DNA of 64,000 nucleotides from an uncultured delta proteobacterium (GCA_963806225.1 CAWDXG010000004.1:3872001-3936000); one strand, 5' to 3'. Positions 50,739 to 59,922 are shown, counted from the first letter of the stretch. Notes: a model not told the origin generated them from the letters alone. Made by a program: numbers and translations.

Positions 50739-52193
50739 ATGACCAACAGTCTTGGCCTGTTGCTCGCGATTGCGTGGCGCAATCTCGGCCGCAACCGCCG
50801 GCGCACGCTGATCGCCGGTGCGGGCATCGCGCTCGGAGTCGGCATGTGCATCGCGAGCTTCGGCGTGATGGACGGCATGAGCACCGACATGGTGCGCTCC
50901 ATCACGGACGTGCAGCTCGGCCACATCCAGGTGCACGAACCCGGCTTCTCGGCGCGCCCCAAACTGGAGCTCGCGTTCGACAAGGCGACCGGCCGCACTC
51001 GCGCCGCCGAGCACACCCGCGGCGTCGAGGCGGTCAGCCCGCGGGTGCTCGGCTGGGCACTCGCCAGCACCCGGCGGCAATCAACCGGCGTCCAGCTCGT
51101 GGGAGTCGATCCCGCGCGCGAGGCGAAGCTGACGAAGCTCGATCGGCGTGTCTCGAAGGGGCGCTACCTGCCCCAAGCAGCGACGCCCTGGCCGGCAGCC
51201 AGGAAGCTGGACCGGAAGCAGAGAAAGCTCGACCAGCAGCTGACCCAGGGCGAGACCGAGCGGGCTGAAGCCGAGATCGAGGCGCTGGCGGGCGGCGGGG
51301 CTACCGACGAGCCCGGCGAGAAGCTCCCCAGCGCGCAGAAGCTCCGGACCAGCACCCAGGAGCTGCTCCAACAGGTGGCGCCGAAACCCGATTCGCCACC
51401 TCCGCTCCTGCTGGGCGACAAGCTGGCCCGCAAGCTCCAGGCCAAGCCGGGCACGCGCGTCAGCCTGATGGCGCAGAACCTCGACGGTGATCCGGTGAAC
51501 GTCGAATTCCGCGTGGTCGGCATCCTGCACACCGGCGACAGGGCGCTCGACAGCGTCCGGGCCGTCGGCAACCTCGCAGACGTGCAGCGACTGCTCGCTC
51601 TGGGCGACCGCGCGCACGAGCTGGCGATCCGTCTGCGCGATCCCGCGACCGCGGCGTCCGTGGCCCAGTCCCTGGCGGCGGAACCTGCCTTCAAGGGGCT
51701 CGACGTAAAGACGTGGACCGAGCTCCGGCCGGACGTGGTCGCGATGGTGCAGACCAACAGCGTGATGACTGCGGTGATGGTCGCGATCATCTTCGCGATC
51801 GCCGCCATCGGCGTGGCAGACGCTATCCTGATGGCGGTGTTCGAGCGGCACCGCGAGCTCGGCATGCTCAAGGCGGTCGGCATGCGCCCAGCGTCCATCG
51901 TGCTGATGGTGACGACCGAGACCTTCCTGCTCGGGCTGGGCGCCTCGCTGGCGGGGCTCCTCCTGGGCGTCGGCATCGACCTGTACATCGGGCACTACGG
52001 CATCCCACTCGGCGGCTTGAGCAGCACCACCCTGGCCGGCGCAACCATTCCGCCGGTGCTGCACGCGACCATTACAGCGGAGGGCGTGCTTCTGCCGCTG
52101 GTCATGATGGTGTTGATGGCGCTCCTGGCGGCGCTCTGGCCAGCCTTCGTCGCGGCGCGCACGCAGCCCGTCGTTGCCATGAGGGAGCGGTAG
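50739..52193 (+). CDS. ABC transporter permease (LolC/E-MacB/FtsX type)
   Basis: AWRNLGRNRRRTL, GHIQV, MAVFERHRELGMLKAVGM. Confidence 0.9.
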   Translation: MTNSLGLLLAIAWRNLGRNRRRTLIAGAGIALGVGMCIASFGVMDGMSTDMVRSITDVQLGHIQVHEPGFSARPKLELAFDKATGRTRAAEHTRGVEAVSPRVLGWALASTRRQSTGVQLVGVDPAREAKLTKLDRRVSKGRYLPQAATPWPAARKLDRKQRKLDQQLTQGETERAEAEIEALAGGGATDEPGEKLPSAQKLRTSTQELLQQVAPKPDSPPPLLLGDKLARKLQAKPGTRVSLMAQNLDGDPVNVEFRVVGILHTGDRALDSVRAVGNLADVQRLLALGDRAHELAIRLRDPATAASVAQSLAAEPAFKGLDVKTWTELRPDVVAMVQTNSVMTAVMVAIIFAIAAIGVADAILMAVFERHRELGMLKAVGMRPASIVLMVTTETFLLGLGASLAGLLLGVGIDLYIGHYGIPLGGLSSTTLAGATIPPVLHATITAEGVLLPLVMMVLMALLAALWPAFVAARTQPVVAMRER

Positions 52194-52197
52194 AAAG

Positions 52198-53457
52198 ATG
52201 GTCTTCCGGCTGGCTTTCAGGAACTCGCTCAGGAACCGGCGCCGCACGCTGCTCACCGCCATCGCGATCTCGCTGTCCTTCGCGCTGCTGCTCGTCTTCC
52301 TCGGAATCGGCGACGGCGTGCACGAGAAGATGGCCGAGATCGGCGTCAGCATGGGCCTGGGCGACGTGGTGGTGCACGCCGAGGGCTACAGCGACGACCC
52401 CACCCTCGATCGCCTGGTAGAGAACCCCGACGCGATCGAAAAGGCGATGCTCGGCGTGCCGGGAGTGCTGCACGTCGCCCCCCGCCTGCGCACGGATGCG
52501 TTGCTCACCGCCGGCGCTACCAGCGTCGGCGTCGCGCTTTCCGGCGTGGACCCGGCCGTCGAACGCCAGGTCTCGAAGATCGACACTCCGGAAGCGATGA
52601 TCGCCGGTCGCGCCCTCGCGCCCCGGAAGGGCCCACGCCCGAGAAGCGCCCTGCCGCCCGTCGTGATCGGCAAACAACTGGCCCACACGCTGGGCGTAGA
52701 AGTCGGCGATCGCGTCACGCTCACGCTGCGCCCGGCGGGCGGAGGCGACACGCGGAGCGGCGCCTACGAGGTGCACGGCATCTTCTCCACCGGCGTCCAG
52801 GAGTTCGATGCATTCTGGGCCGAAGTGCCGCTTCCGGACGCCCAGCGGCTCGCCGCGGCGGGGCACGGCGTCACCATGCTGGCCGCAATCCTCGGCAATA
52901 TCTCGGACACGCCGCAGGCGACCGCGCGGATCGAGAAGGCACTTTCAGGAAACAACGTGGAAGTGCTGCCATGGATGAAGGCGGCTCCCGACCTCTACGC
53001 TTTCATCGTCGTCGACGAAGGCGGCCTGTACGTGATGATGGCGATCGTGTTCGTGGTCGTGGCGGCCGGCATCCTGAACACGCTGTTGATGAGCGTGATG
53101 GAGCGCACGCGGGAGTTCGGGGTGATGCTGGCGCTCGGCACCACTCCGGGGCGCATCCTGGCTGTCGTGATGAGCGAAGCGTTCCTGCTCGGGCTCTTCG
53201 CCACCGCAGTGGGGTTGGGGCTGGGGCTGCTCGGCAACCACCACTTCGCGACCGTTGGCATCGACATCCAGCAGTGGATGGGCTCGGGCTCCGAGATGGG
53301 CGGCATCATGCTGCCGAAGCACCTCTACGCACACCTTTACCTGTCGAAAATCCTCTGGAGCTCCGGCATCATCCTCGGGCTGGTGATGCTTGGAGCGGTG
53401 TACCCCGCGCTGCGCGCAGCGCGGCTACAGCCCGTGGAGGCGATCCGCCATGAGTGA
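52198..53457 (+). CDS. ABC transporter permease (LolC/E-MacB/FtsX type)
   Basis: AFRNSLRNRRRTLL, ILNTLLMSVMERTREFGVMLALG, YPALRAARLQPVEAIR. Confidence 0.9.
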   Translation: MVFRLAFRNSLRNRRRTLLTAIAISLSFALLLVFLGIGDGVHEKMAEIGVSMGLGDVVVHAEGYSDDPTLDRLVENPDAIEKAMLGVPGVLHVAPRLRTDALLTAGATSVGVALSGVDPAVERQVSKIDTPEAMIAGRALAPRKGPRPRSALPPVVIGKQLAHTLGVEVGDRVTLTLRPAGGGDTRSGAYEVHGIFSTGVQEFDAFWAEVPLPDAQRLAAAGHGVTMLAAILGNISDTPQATARIEKALSGNNVEVLPWMKAAPDLYAFIVVDEGGLYVMMAIVFVVVAAGILNTLLMSVMERTREFGVMLALGTTPGRILAVVMSEAFLLGLFATAVGLGLGLLGNHHFATVGIDIQQWMGSGSEMGGIMLPKHLYAHLYLSKILWSSGIILGLVMLGAVYPALRAARLQPVEAIRHE

Positions 53458-54145
53458 AGAATCCCTGGCCGTGGAAGCGAAAGGCCTCCAGAAGGTCTAC
53501 ACGCAGGGGCACGTGGAGGTGCACGCGCTGGGCGGCGTCGATCTCGGGATCGAACCGGGCGAGTTCACGGCGCTGGCAGGACCCTCGGGCTCCGGCAAGA
53601 CCACGCTTCTCAACCTGATCGGCGCGCTGGACCGGCCGAGCGGCGGCAGCATCAAGGTCGGAGGACAGGATCTCGCCGCGCTGAGCGCCGCGGAGCTGGC
53701 GCGCCTGCGTCGCGACCACATCGGCTTCGTGTTCCAGGCCTACAACCTGCTGCCGGTGCTCTCGGCGCTGGAGAACGCCGAGCTGGTGCTGGAGCTGCAG
53801 GGCATGCCGCGCGCCGAGTGCCGGAAGAAGGCCGTCGAGATGCTGGAGGCGGTCGGTCTCGGCGAGATGCTACACCGTCGCCCCGGCGAGCTGTCCGGCG
53901 GGCAGCAGCAACGGGTCGCCGTCGCGCGTGCGATCGCCGCAGCGCGCACGCTGGTGCTCGCCGACGAACCGACGGCGAACCTCGACTCGAAGAGCGCCGA
54001 GTCGCTGCTCGACATCATGGTGGAGCTGAACCAGAGCCACCACCTGACGTTCCTGTTCAGCACGCACGACCCGCGCGTCATGGCCCGTGCACGCCGCGTC
54101 ATCCATCTCGAGGACGGGCGCATCGTGGACGAACAGCACGCGTGA
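53450..54145 (+). CDS. ABC transporter ATP-binding protein (LolD-like)
   Basis: GPSGSGKT, IGFVFQAYNL, LSGGQQQR, LADEPTANLD, STHD. Confidence 0.93.
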   Translation: MSEESLAVEAKGLQKVYTQGHVEVHALGGVDLGIEPGEFTALAGPSGSGKTTLLNLIGALDRPSGGSIKVGGQDLAALSAAELARLRRDHIGFVFQAYNLLPVLSALENAELVLELQGMPRAECRKKAVEMLEAVGLGEMLHRRPGELSGGQQQRVAVARAIAAARTLVLADEPTANLDSKSAESLLDIMVELNQSHHLTFLFSTHDPRVMARARRVIHLEDGRIVDEQHA

Positions 54146-55422
54146 TGCGCTCTGCCCTGCTCATCCTCGCGCTGTTGCTGCTCGCGGCGCCGGCTCGCGC
54201 CTTCGTGGTGAGCGAGGATCCGTTCGAGGGCAACTCCTTCACGGTGGGCGGCGCGGTGCGCAGCTACAATCTGGTGCTCAGGGGCGGGCCACTGGACAAC
54301 CCGCTCGCACCGAAGGATTACAATCCGGCCTCGCTCTCGATCGTGGCCGTGCGCCCCAAGCTGGAGCTGAAGCGCGCGAAGTTCGACTTCACCGTCCACG
54401 ACGAGCTGGTCTCCACCGCCAGCACACTGCCCACCGCGCTCGTCGGCAGTGCGCTCTCGATCGGGCAGGGCGCCGAGACACCCTCGTGGCTGCCGTTGCA
54501 GTGGACCGCCGTCGATCGCGCAAGCTACAAGCTCCGCGATCGCGTCGACTGGCTCTACGTGGGCTACACGCTCGGCGACTTCAGCCTCAAGATCGGCCGC
54601 CAGCCCGTCAGCATCGGCCGCGGGCAGATCTGGACTCCGGAGGATCTGCTCGCTCCCTTTTCGCCCCTGCAGATCAACACCGAGTACAAGCCCGGCGTCG
54701 ACGCGGCACGCGTCGACTGGACGATCTCCGATCGCGCGACGCTGCTCGTGGTCGGTTCGCTCGGTGCACGGAATTCCGGGCACGACTTCCAGGTGAAGAA
54801 GGACGGCTCGGCCGCGCTTACGCGGTTCGAGCTATCGCTCGACAAGCTGCGCCTCGGCGCCCTTGCCGGGATGGTGCGCGGCGACGCGGTGGGCGGCATC
54901 GACCTATTCGTCGACCTCGGTCACCAGAGCGATCTGCACGGTTCCGGCACCGTGACCTACGTGCCCGACCGCTCGCGCCGCCGCTACGGTCGTGCGGCCT
55001 TCAACCGCGCGGTGCTCGGCACCACTACGCAACCGGTGAAGAAGCTTCTGCTGACCGCCGAGATGTACTTCAACGGCTCGGGCGCGCCCAGGCCTTCCGA
55101 TTACCTCGCGGAGTTTTCCAGCCCGCGCTTCGCGGTCGGCGAGGAGTACAACGTGGGACGGCTGTACGCGGGCATCGCCGCCGACTGGGAAGTGCACCCG
55201 CTGCTGCACGCGCTGGCGAGCGCGATCGTGAACCTCGAGGACCCTAGCGCGCTCCTCGCGCCCGAGCTCGACTACAACATCGCCCAGAACGCCCTGCTCG
55301 TCGCGGGCGCGTTCATCCCTGTCGGCAGATCAGCGCGATACACAGGCTTCAGCCCGACCCCGCGGAGCGAGTTCGGGCTGTACCCGGAGATGTACCACCT
55401 GGACGCGAAGCTCTATTTCTGA
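54145..55422 (+). CDS. Putative outer-membrane beta-barrel protein
   Basis: Signal peptide; RVDWLYV..LKIGRQPVSIG..W.P.DLL.PF; amphipathic strands; C-terminal Phe (KLYF); coupled to the ATPase via TGATG. Confidence 0.75.
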   Translation: MRSALLILALLLLAAPARAFVVSEDPFEGNSFTVGGAVRSYNLVLRGGPLDNPLAPKDYNPASLSIVAVRPKLELKRAKFDFTVHDELVSTASTLPTALVGSALSIGQGAETPSWLPLQWTAVDRASYKLRDRVDWLYVGYTLGDFSLKIGRQPVSIGRGQIWTPEDLLAPFSPLQINTEYKPGVDAARVDWTISDRATLLVVGSLGARNSGHDFQVKKDGSAALTRFELSLDKLRLGALAGMVRGDAVGGIDLFVDLGHQSDLHGSGTVTYVPDRSRRRYGRAAFNRAVLGTTTQPVKKLLLTAEMYFNGSGAPRPSDYLAEFSSPRFAVGEEYNVGRLYAGIAADWEVHPLLHALASAIVNLEDPSALLAPELDYNIAQNALLVAGAFIPVGRSARYTGFSPTPRSEFGLYPEMYHLDAKLYF

Positions 55423-55432
55423 GCCCAGCACG

Positions 55433-56101
55433 TTACGGACACTGGTCGGTCGTCGGACAGTCCGACTGCCCCACGGTCGGACAGCACACCCAGACGCAAT
55501 CCGCGGTACCGCTGGTCGTCTCCTTCGTGCTGCTCATTGCCGACTGGCCGCTGCCCGTCACCGTGCCCGGATCCCCGTTGCCGCTGTCACCGTCGGTGTC
55601 GTGCCAGGGAGTGGAGCCCAACTCGAAGCCCGACAGCGCGGTCGCGGAGAGATCGACCGGGCCGGCCGGCACGCACACCGTCTGCTCCGCCGCCGACTTG
55701 GCGGTCCCGCTCCCCACGGAAACGGAGCACCAGCTCAGGTAGTTCTTCACGGTGAGCGCCACGGGCGTGCTGCCACCACAACCGCTGCTGCCGCCGGCGC
55801 CGCCCGTCGAGCCGCCGCTGCCGCCGGCGCCGCCCATCGAGCCGCCGGTGCCACCTGTGGACCCGCCGTCGGTCCCGGCACTGCCGCCGGTCGAGCCGCC
55901 GGTTCCGCCCATGGAACCGCCGGTTCCGCCCATGGAACCGCCGCTGCCGCCGGTCGAACCGCCGGTTCCGGCGCTGCCGCCCGTCGAACCGCCGCTGCCC
56001 CCGCCGCCGTTGTTCGAGTCGCTGCTGCAACCGGTGGTCGCTGCAAGCGCCAGTGTCAGACCAAGGAAAGTCGTCGTTACCAAGCCACTGAAGGATTTCA
56101 T
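55433..56101 (-). CDS. Gly/Thr/Ser-rich lipoprotein with a small Cys-containing C-terminal domain
   Basis: MKSFSG signal ending TTGC; GGTGGS repeats; CVWVCC C-terminus. Confidence 0.75.
   Translation of the reverse strand: MKSFSGLVTTTFLGLTLALAATTGCSSDSNNGGGGSGGSTGGSAGTGGSTGGSGGSMGGTGGSMGGTGGSTGGSAGTDGGSTGGTGGSMGGAGGSGGSTGGAGGSSGCGGSTPVALTVKNYLSWCSVSVGSGTAKSAAEQTVCVPAGPVDLSATALSGFELGSTPWHDTDGDSGNGDPGTVTGSGQSAMSSTKETTSGTADCVWVCCPTVGQSDCPTTDQCP
55770..56010 (-). repeat. Imperfect 21-bp coding tandem repeat (GG[T/S/A]GGS[T/M])
   Basis: Repeated ccgccggttccgcccatggaa-like units on the + strand. Confidence 0.8.
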
Positions 56102-56120
56102 GCGGACTACCCTTATCTGC

Positions 56121-56140
56121 CAATTGACCGCCGTCAATTG
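56121..56140. promoter_or_regulatory. Perfect palindrome CAATTGAC-N4-GTCAATTG (candidate operator)
   Basis: 8-bp arms in a divergent intergenic region, 20 bp upstream of the lipoprotein start. Confidence 0.6.
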
Positions 56141-56249
56141 TCGGGGGTGCCTGCTCAACCTGCGCACCCGGCCCGCGGGCCGCTCTCCAGCCGTTCGCCG
56201 CCGGCGAATCCGGAAACCGGACGTACCCGCGCGGAGTAGCATCGCGGCC

Positions 56250-57098
56250 ATGCGCTCGTTTTCTCTCGCGGTCCTGGCCGGGCTGGCCGTGGCCTGCTCC
56301 GGACACCCCGCCCCTCCTCCCGCCTCGCCTGCCCCTGCGCCCCCCGCTGCAGCGCCGGCGGCGGTCGCCTCGACATCATCGGCACCCGCCCCCGCTCCAG
56401 CCATCAAGATCCCGGATCCTATCCGGCGAGCGGTGGACGCTCCGGACCGCATCGCAGCCGATCGCGCGCTGGATGCAGGAAGACACCCGGCCGAGTACCT
56501 CGCCTTCTTCCAGATCAAACCCGGGATGCACGTGGCGGAGCTGGGCGCCGGCGGCGGCTACACCAGCGAGCTGCTCGCGCGCGTCGTAGGCCCGAAGGGC
56601 AAGGTCTACGGGCAGAACTCGCCGTTCATCCTCGAGCACTTCGCGGAAAAGCCGTGGAGCGAGCGCTTGAAGAAACCGATCAACGCCAACATCGTGCGCG
56701 TCGACCGCGAGTTCGACAGCCCGCTGCCCGACGACGTGCAGCATCTCGACGCGGTGCTGATGGTGCTCTTCTACCACGACACGGTCTGGATGAAGACGGA
56801 CCGCGCCAAGATGAACCTGGCCGTGTTCCGTGCCCTGAAGAAGGGCGGCGTGTTCGGCATCGTCGACCACGCTGCCGCGCCCGGCCACGGCGTCGACGAC
56901 GCGAAGACGCTGCATCGCATCGAGGAGAGCGTCGTCAAGCGCGAGGTCGAAGCAGCGGGCTTCAAGCTCGATGCCGAAGCCGACTTCCTGAAGAACCCCG
57001 ACGACCACCACGACTGGAGCGCCTCTCCCGGCGCAGCAGGCAAGCGCCGCGGGACCACCGATCGATTCGTGCTGCGCTTCGTGAAACCCACGGACTGA
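56250..57098 (+). CDS. Class I SAM-dependent methyltransferase lipoprotein (COG4798-like)
   Basis: Lipobox AVAC; IKPGMHVAELGAGGGY; YHD; LKKGGVFGIVDH; TLHRIE; TDRFVLRFVKP. Confidence 0.85.
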   Translation: MRSFSLAVLAGLAVACSGHPAPPPASPAPAPPAAAPAAVASTSSAPAPAPAIKIPDPIRRAVDAPDRIAADRALDAGRHPAEYLAFFQIKPGMHVAELGAGGGYTSELLARVVGPKGKVYGQNSPFILEHFAEKPWSERLKKPINANIVRVDREFDSPLPDDVQHLDAVLMVLFYHDTVWMKTDRAKMNLAVFRALKKGGVFGIVDHAAAPGHGVDDAKTLHRIEESVVKREVEAAGFKLDAEADFLKNPDDHHDWSASPGAAGKRRGTTDRFVLRFVKPTD

Positions 57099-57179
57099 GC
57101 CCGCGCGAAAGCCTGCGGCGGTCCGCGACCGGCGTTGTCGCCAGGGCACAGATCGATTTCTCTGCTAGCTCTTTGTGCC

Positions 57180-58118
57180 ATGGCAAGAACAGTCGATCTG
57201 AACCGGATCGCGGTCGCAGTCGAGGTCATGGAACGCGGAAGCTTCACGGCCGCTGCCAAGGCGCTGGGCATGCCGAAGTCCTCGGTGAGCCGCGGCGTGT
57301 CAGCCCTCGAGCAGGAGCTCGGCGTCACGTTGCTGAAGCGGACGACGCGCAAGCTCGCGCTGACCGAGGAGGGACGACAATGGTTCGAGCGCGCGCGGGG
57401 TGCGATTGCGGAGCTGGAACAGGCCAGCGCCTGTCTGAGCAATCGCGAACGCGATCCCCACGGCGTCGTGCGCGTGACGGCGCCGCCCGACGCCGGCCCC
57501 ATGCTGCTGGACGCGCTGGCCAACTTCCACCCCCTCTACCCGGAGGTCCATGTGGAACTCGTGCTCACGGCGCGCCGCCTGGATCTAGTCGGAGAAGGAA
57601 TCGACCTGGCGCTCCGGGCCGGGCGCCTGGAGGATTCGACGCTGATGGCGCGAAAGCTCTTTGCCACGGACATGGGGCTCTACGCCTCCCCGGAGTACCT
57701 CGAGCGGCGCGGGCGGCCGCGCACGGTGGCCGATCTCGCGCGTCACGACTGCGTACCGTTCCGGGCAAGGGAGGGCCGCGGAGTCTGGCGGCTTTCCGGG
57801 CCGCGCGGGCAAACCACCAAGGTAGAGGTGACCGGCTTCATCAGTGTCCACGACGTCGGCTTCGTCGTGGATGCGTGCCTGGCCGGCATGGGTATCGGTC
57901 TGGGCCCGGTTCACCGCTGTGAAGTGCTCGTGCAACAAGGACGCCTCGAACGAGTGCTGCCGGGCTGGCGCCTGACCGGCAGCGGGCTGTACCTTCTTCA
58001 CGCGGCCAGCGCATTCTTGCCGCGGCGCGTGGAGGTGCTGCGCGACTATCTCGTCGAGAGGCTCGCCGTGACGAACGAGCTGTCTCCGCGCGGCAGGCGG
58101 ACTAGTCCTCGCCGATGA
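57180..58118 (+). CDS. LysR family regulator (CrgA-like)
   Basis: GSFTAAAKALGMPKSSVSRGVSALEQELGVTLLKRTTRKLALTEEG; DLVGEGIDLALR. Confidence 0.93.
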   Translation: MARTVDLNRIAVAVEVMERGSFTAAAKALGMPKSSVSRGVSALEQELGVTLLKRTTRKLALTEEGRQWFERARGAIAELEQASACLSNRERDPHGVVRVTAPPDAGPMLLDALANFHPLYPEVHVELVLTARRLDLVGEGIDLALRAGRLEDSTLMARKLFATDMGLYASPEYLERRGRPRTVADLARHDCVPFRAREGRGVWRLSGPRGQTTKVEVTGFISVHDVGFVVDACLAGMGIGLGPVHRCEVLVQQGRLERVLPGWRLTGSGLYLLHAASAFLPRRVEVLRDYLVERLAVTNELSPRGRRTSPRR

Positions 58119-58518
58119 TCGTCACCATCACCTGACGCGACGCTCGCGGTCCGTCGAAATCGCAGAGAAACACGTTCTGCCAGGTCGACAGCAGAAGGCG
58201 ACCTTCGCGGATGGGGATGGTCTCGCCCGGTCCGACGATGCCGGCCTGGATGTGCGCGTCGCCGTTGTTGTCGACGCGGTCATGGCGCCAGCGTCCAGGA
58301 GGCGCGAGCTCCGAAAGACAATCGAGCACGTCGAGCCGGATGTTCGGGTCGTCGTTTTCCTGGATCATGAGCGCGGCGGTGGCACCCATCGCGTACAGGG
58401 AGCAGAGACCGTTCTGCACGCCCGACCGTTGGACCTCCGTGCGCGCCTCGCGGGTGATGTCGACCAGTTCGCGGGCCGCGCGGGTCCGCGTCTCGATGAC
58501 GCCGGTGTAGAGCTTCAT
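58102..58518 (-). CDS. yjbQ: YjbQ/UPF0047 family protein
   Basis: TAALMIQENDDP, WRHD..NGDAHI, LSTWQNVFLCDFDGPR. Confidence 0.9.
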   Translation of the reverse strand: MKLYTGVIETRTRAARELVDITREARTEVQRSGVQNGLCSLYAMGATAALMIQENDDPNIRLDVLDCLSELAPPGRWRHDRVDNNGDAHIQAGIVGPGETIPIREGRLLLSTWQNVFLCDFDGPRASRQVMVTIIGED

Positions 58519-59642
58519 ACGAGAACGATACCGAACTCCTCGCGGATGTCCTCGAGCGAGGTATCCAGATACGCGTCGCTCCCGAAGAAGGGCCAGCGCT
58601 TCTTCATGTTCCGGGCGTTCATGAACACCTCGAAAAGCCGCGGGCTGCTCTTGATGGACTCGAGCAGCGTCCGCACGAAGCCGAGCTCCTCGAACAGCTG
58701 CTTGACCTCCGGCGACTTCAGGTAGTCGAAGTAGACCTTCACGTCGATGTCGGAGCCGAAAATGGTCCAGGTGTCGACGAAGCCCTCGTCCGCCATGTTC
58801 GTATCGCAACCGAACACCACGTGGCAGCAATCATGGTGTCGGAACAGCTCCTTGACTTTTTCCGAGTGCATCTTGTTCTCGGTCAAAAGCCCGGGGATGG
58901 TGGAATGGAACTCCTCCTCCCCCTCCCGCAGGGTCATCGTCGTGTCCGGATGCATGTAGCCGTGCTTGACTTCCCCGGGAGCGCGCTGCACCAGCTTGTG
59001 GTGGAGCCAGCGAACGCCGTACAGGGTGCCCACGCCGAGGCCGACCACGGCGCCAAAGCCAGTGACGATGCCGAGACCGGCGCCCACGGCGGCCAGCCCG
59101 GTGGTGATGCCCGCTGCGCTGAGCCACGCCGCCGAGGTGAGCGCCACTGCGCCGACAGGAATGCCGAGCGCGGCGAGCTTGCCGGCGAGTGCCTCGGCAC
59201 GGGCCTTGGCCGCATGCTGGTCCGCTCCGGGTCGCGCAGCGTCGCGCGCGACCGTGACGTATTCCTCGAGCAGCCTGGCCTTGTCGTCGTCGATGCGCAG
59301 GGCCTTGGCAATGCCCTGGAGCATCTCGCGCTCCTGCTTCACGACGGTGTCATCGGCGTACGCAAGCAGCAGACAATCCGTGTACAGCGTGAAGCGCAGA
59401 TCGGAAGCAGCCAGCCGCGTCATAGCGCGTTGGGCAGCGACGCCGTTCCGGCTCTCGGCGGTAACCACGACCTTCTGCGTCTCGCCATCAGGCAAGCCGA
59501 GCTCCTTGCAGAGGGACTTGATCCTGTCGAGCTCGGCCGGCGCGACGACGTCGTCGGCCGCCGCCATCGACCCGACGACAGTCGCGTAGGCGACGCGCTC
59601 GGCAAGCGGGATGTTGCGGGCATCGTGTTCGTGACTGGTCAC
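58515..59642 (-). CDS. TerB-like domain, Gly-rich TM hairpin and Coq4-like metal-binding domain fusion
   Basis: MAAADDVVAPAELDRI and LAYADDTVVKQEREML (TerB); HDCCH-x11-E and LEDIREEFGI (Coq4-like); GTG 59642 has a GAGGAG RBS. Confidence 0.75.
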   Translation of the reverse strand: MTSHEHDARNIPLAERVAYATVVGSMAAADDVVAPAELDRIKSLCKELGLPDGETQKVVVTAESRNGVAAQRAMTRLAASDLRFTLYTDCLLLAYADDTVVKQEREMLQGIAKALRIDDDKARLLEEYVTVARDAARPGADQHAAKARAEALAGKLAALGIPVGAVALTSAAWLSAAGITTGLAAVGAGLGIVTGFGAVVGLGVGTLYGVRWLHHKLVQRAPGEVKHGYMHPDTTMTLREGEEEFHSTIPGLLTENKMHSEKVKELFRHHDCCHVVFGCDTNMADEGFVDTWTIFGSDIDVKVYFDYLKSPEVKQLFEELGFVRTLLESIKSSPRLFEVFMNARNMKKRWPFFGSDAYLDTSLEDIREEFGIVLV

Positions 59643-59922
59643 GCTGATCTCCTCTCGCGACGACGGCACAGGATACCCAGGTCAGCGCCGGGAGCCTAGC
59701 GCCGCCGGCGTGCGCCCCACATGGGCGCGCCTACGGTTGTGCAGAGCAACGCGTCGGTGCCGCGAGCCCGCAGACGTGATCCCGATCCCGCCGCCGTCGC
59801 AGGAGCTCACCATGGTCTGCGGCAGCGCGGTCGCGAAGTCGGTGATGTAGCGCTTGCGATGCCAGAATCGCGGGCGCCAGCCACAACCGCAAGACCCACA
59901 GACGCAACGCACCGGACGCTCG

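Noticed and set aside
55752..56249. Pro-rich N-terminal extension on the methyltransferase
   Set aside because: It is the antisense reading of the Gly-rich lipoprotein repeat; the real start is 56250.
59682..59922. Short Cys-containing minus-strand ORF between the TerB fusion and GH15
   Set aside because: No convincing start or family signal; possibly a gene remnant, but unsupported.
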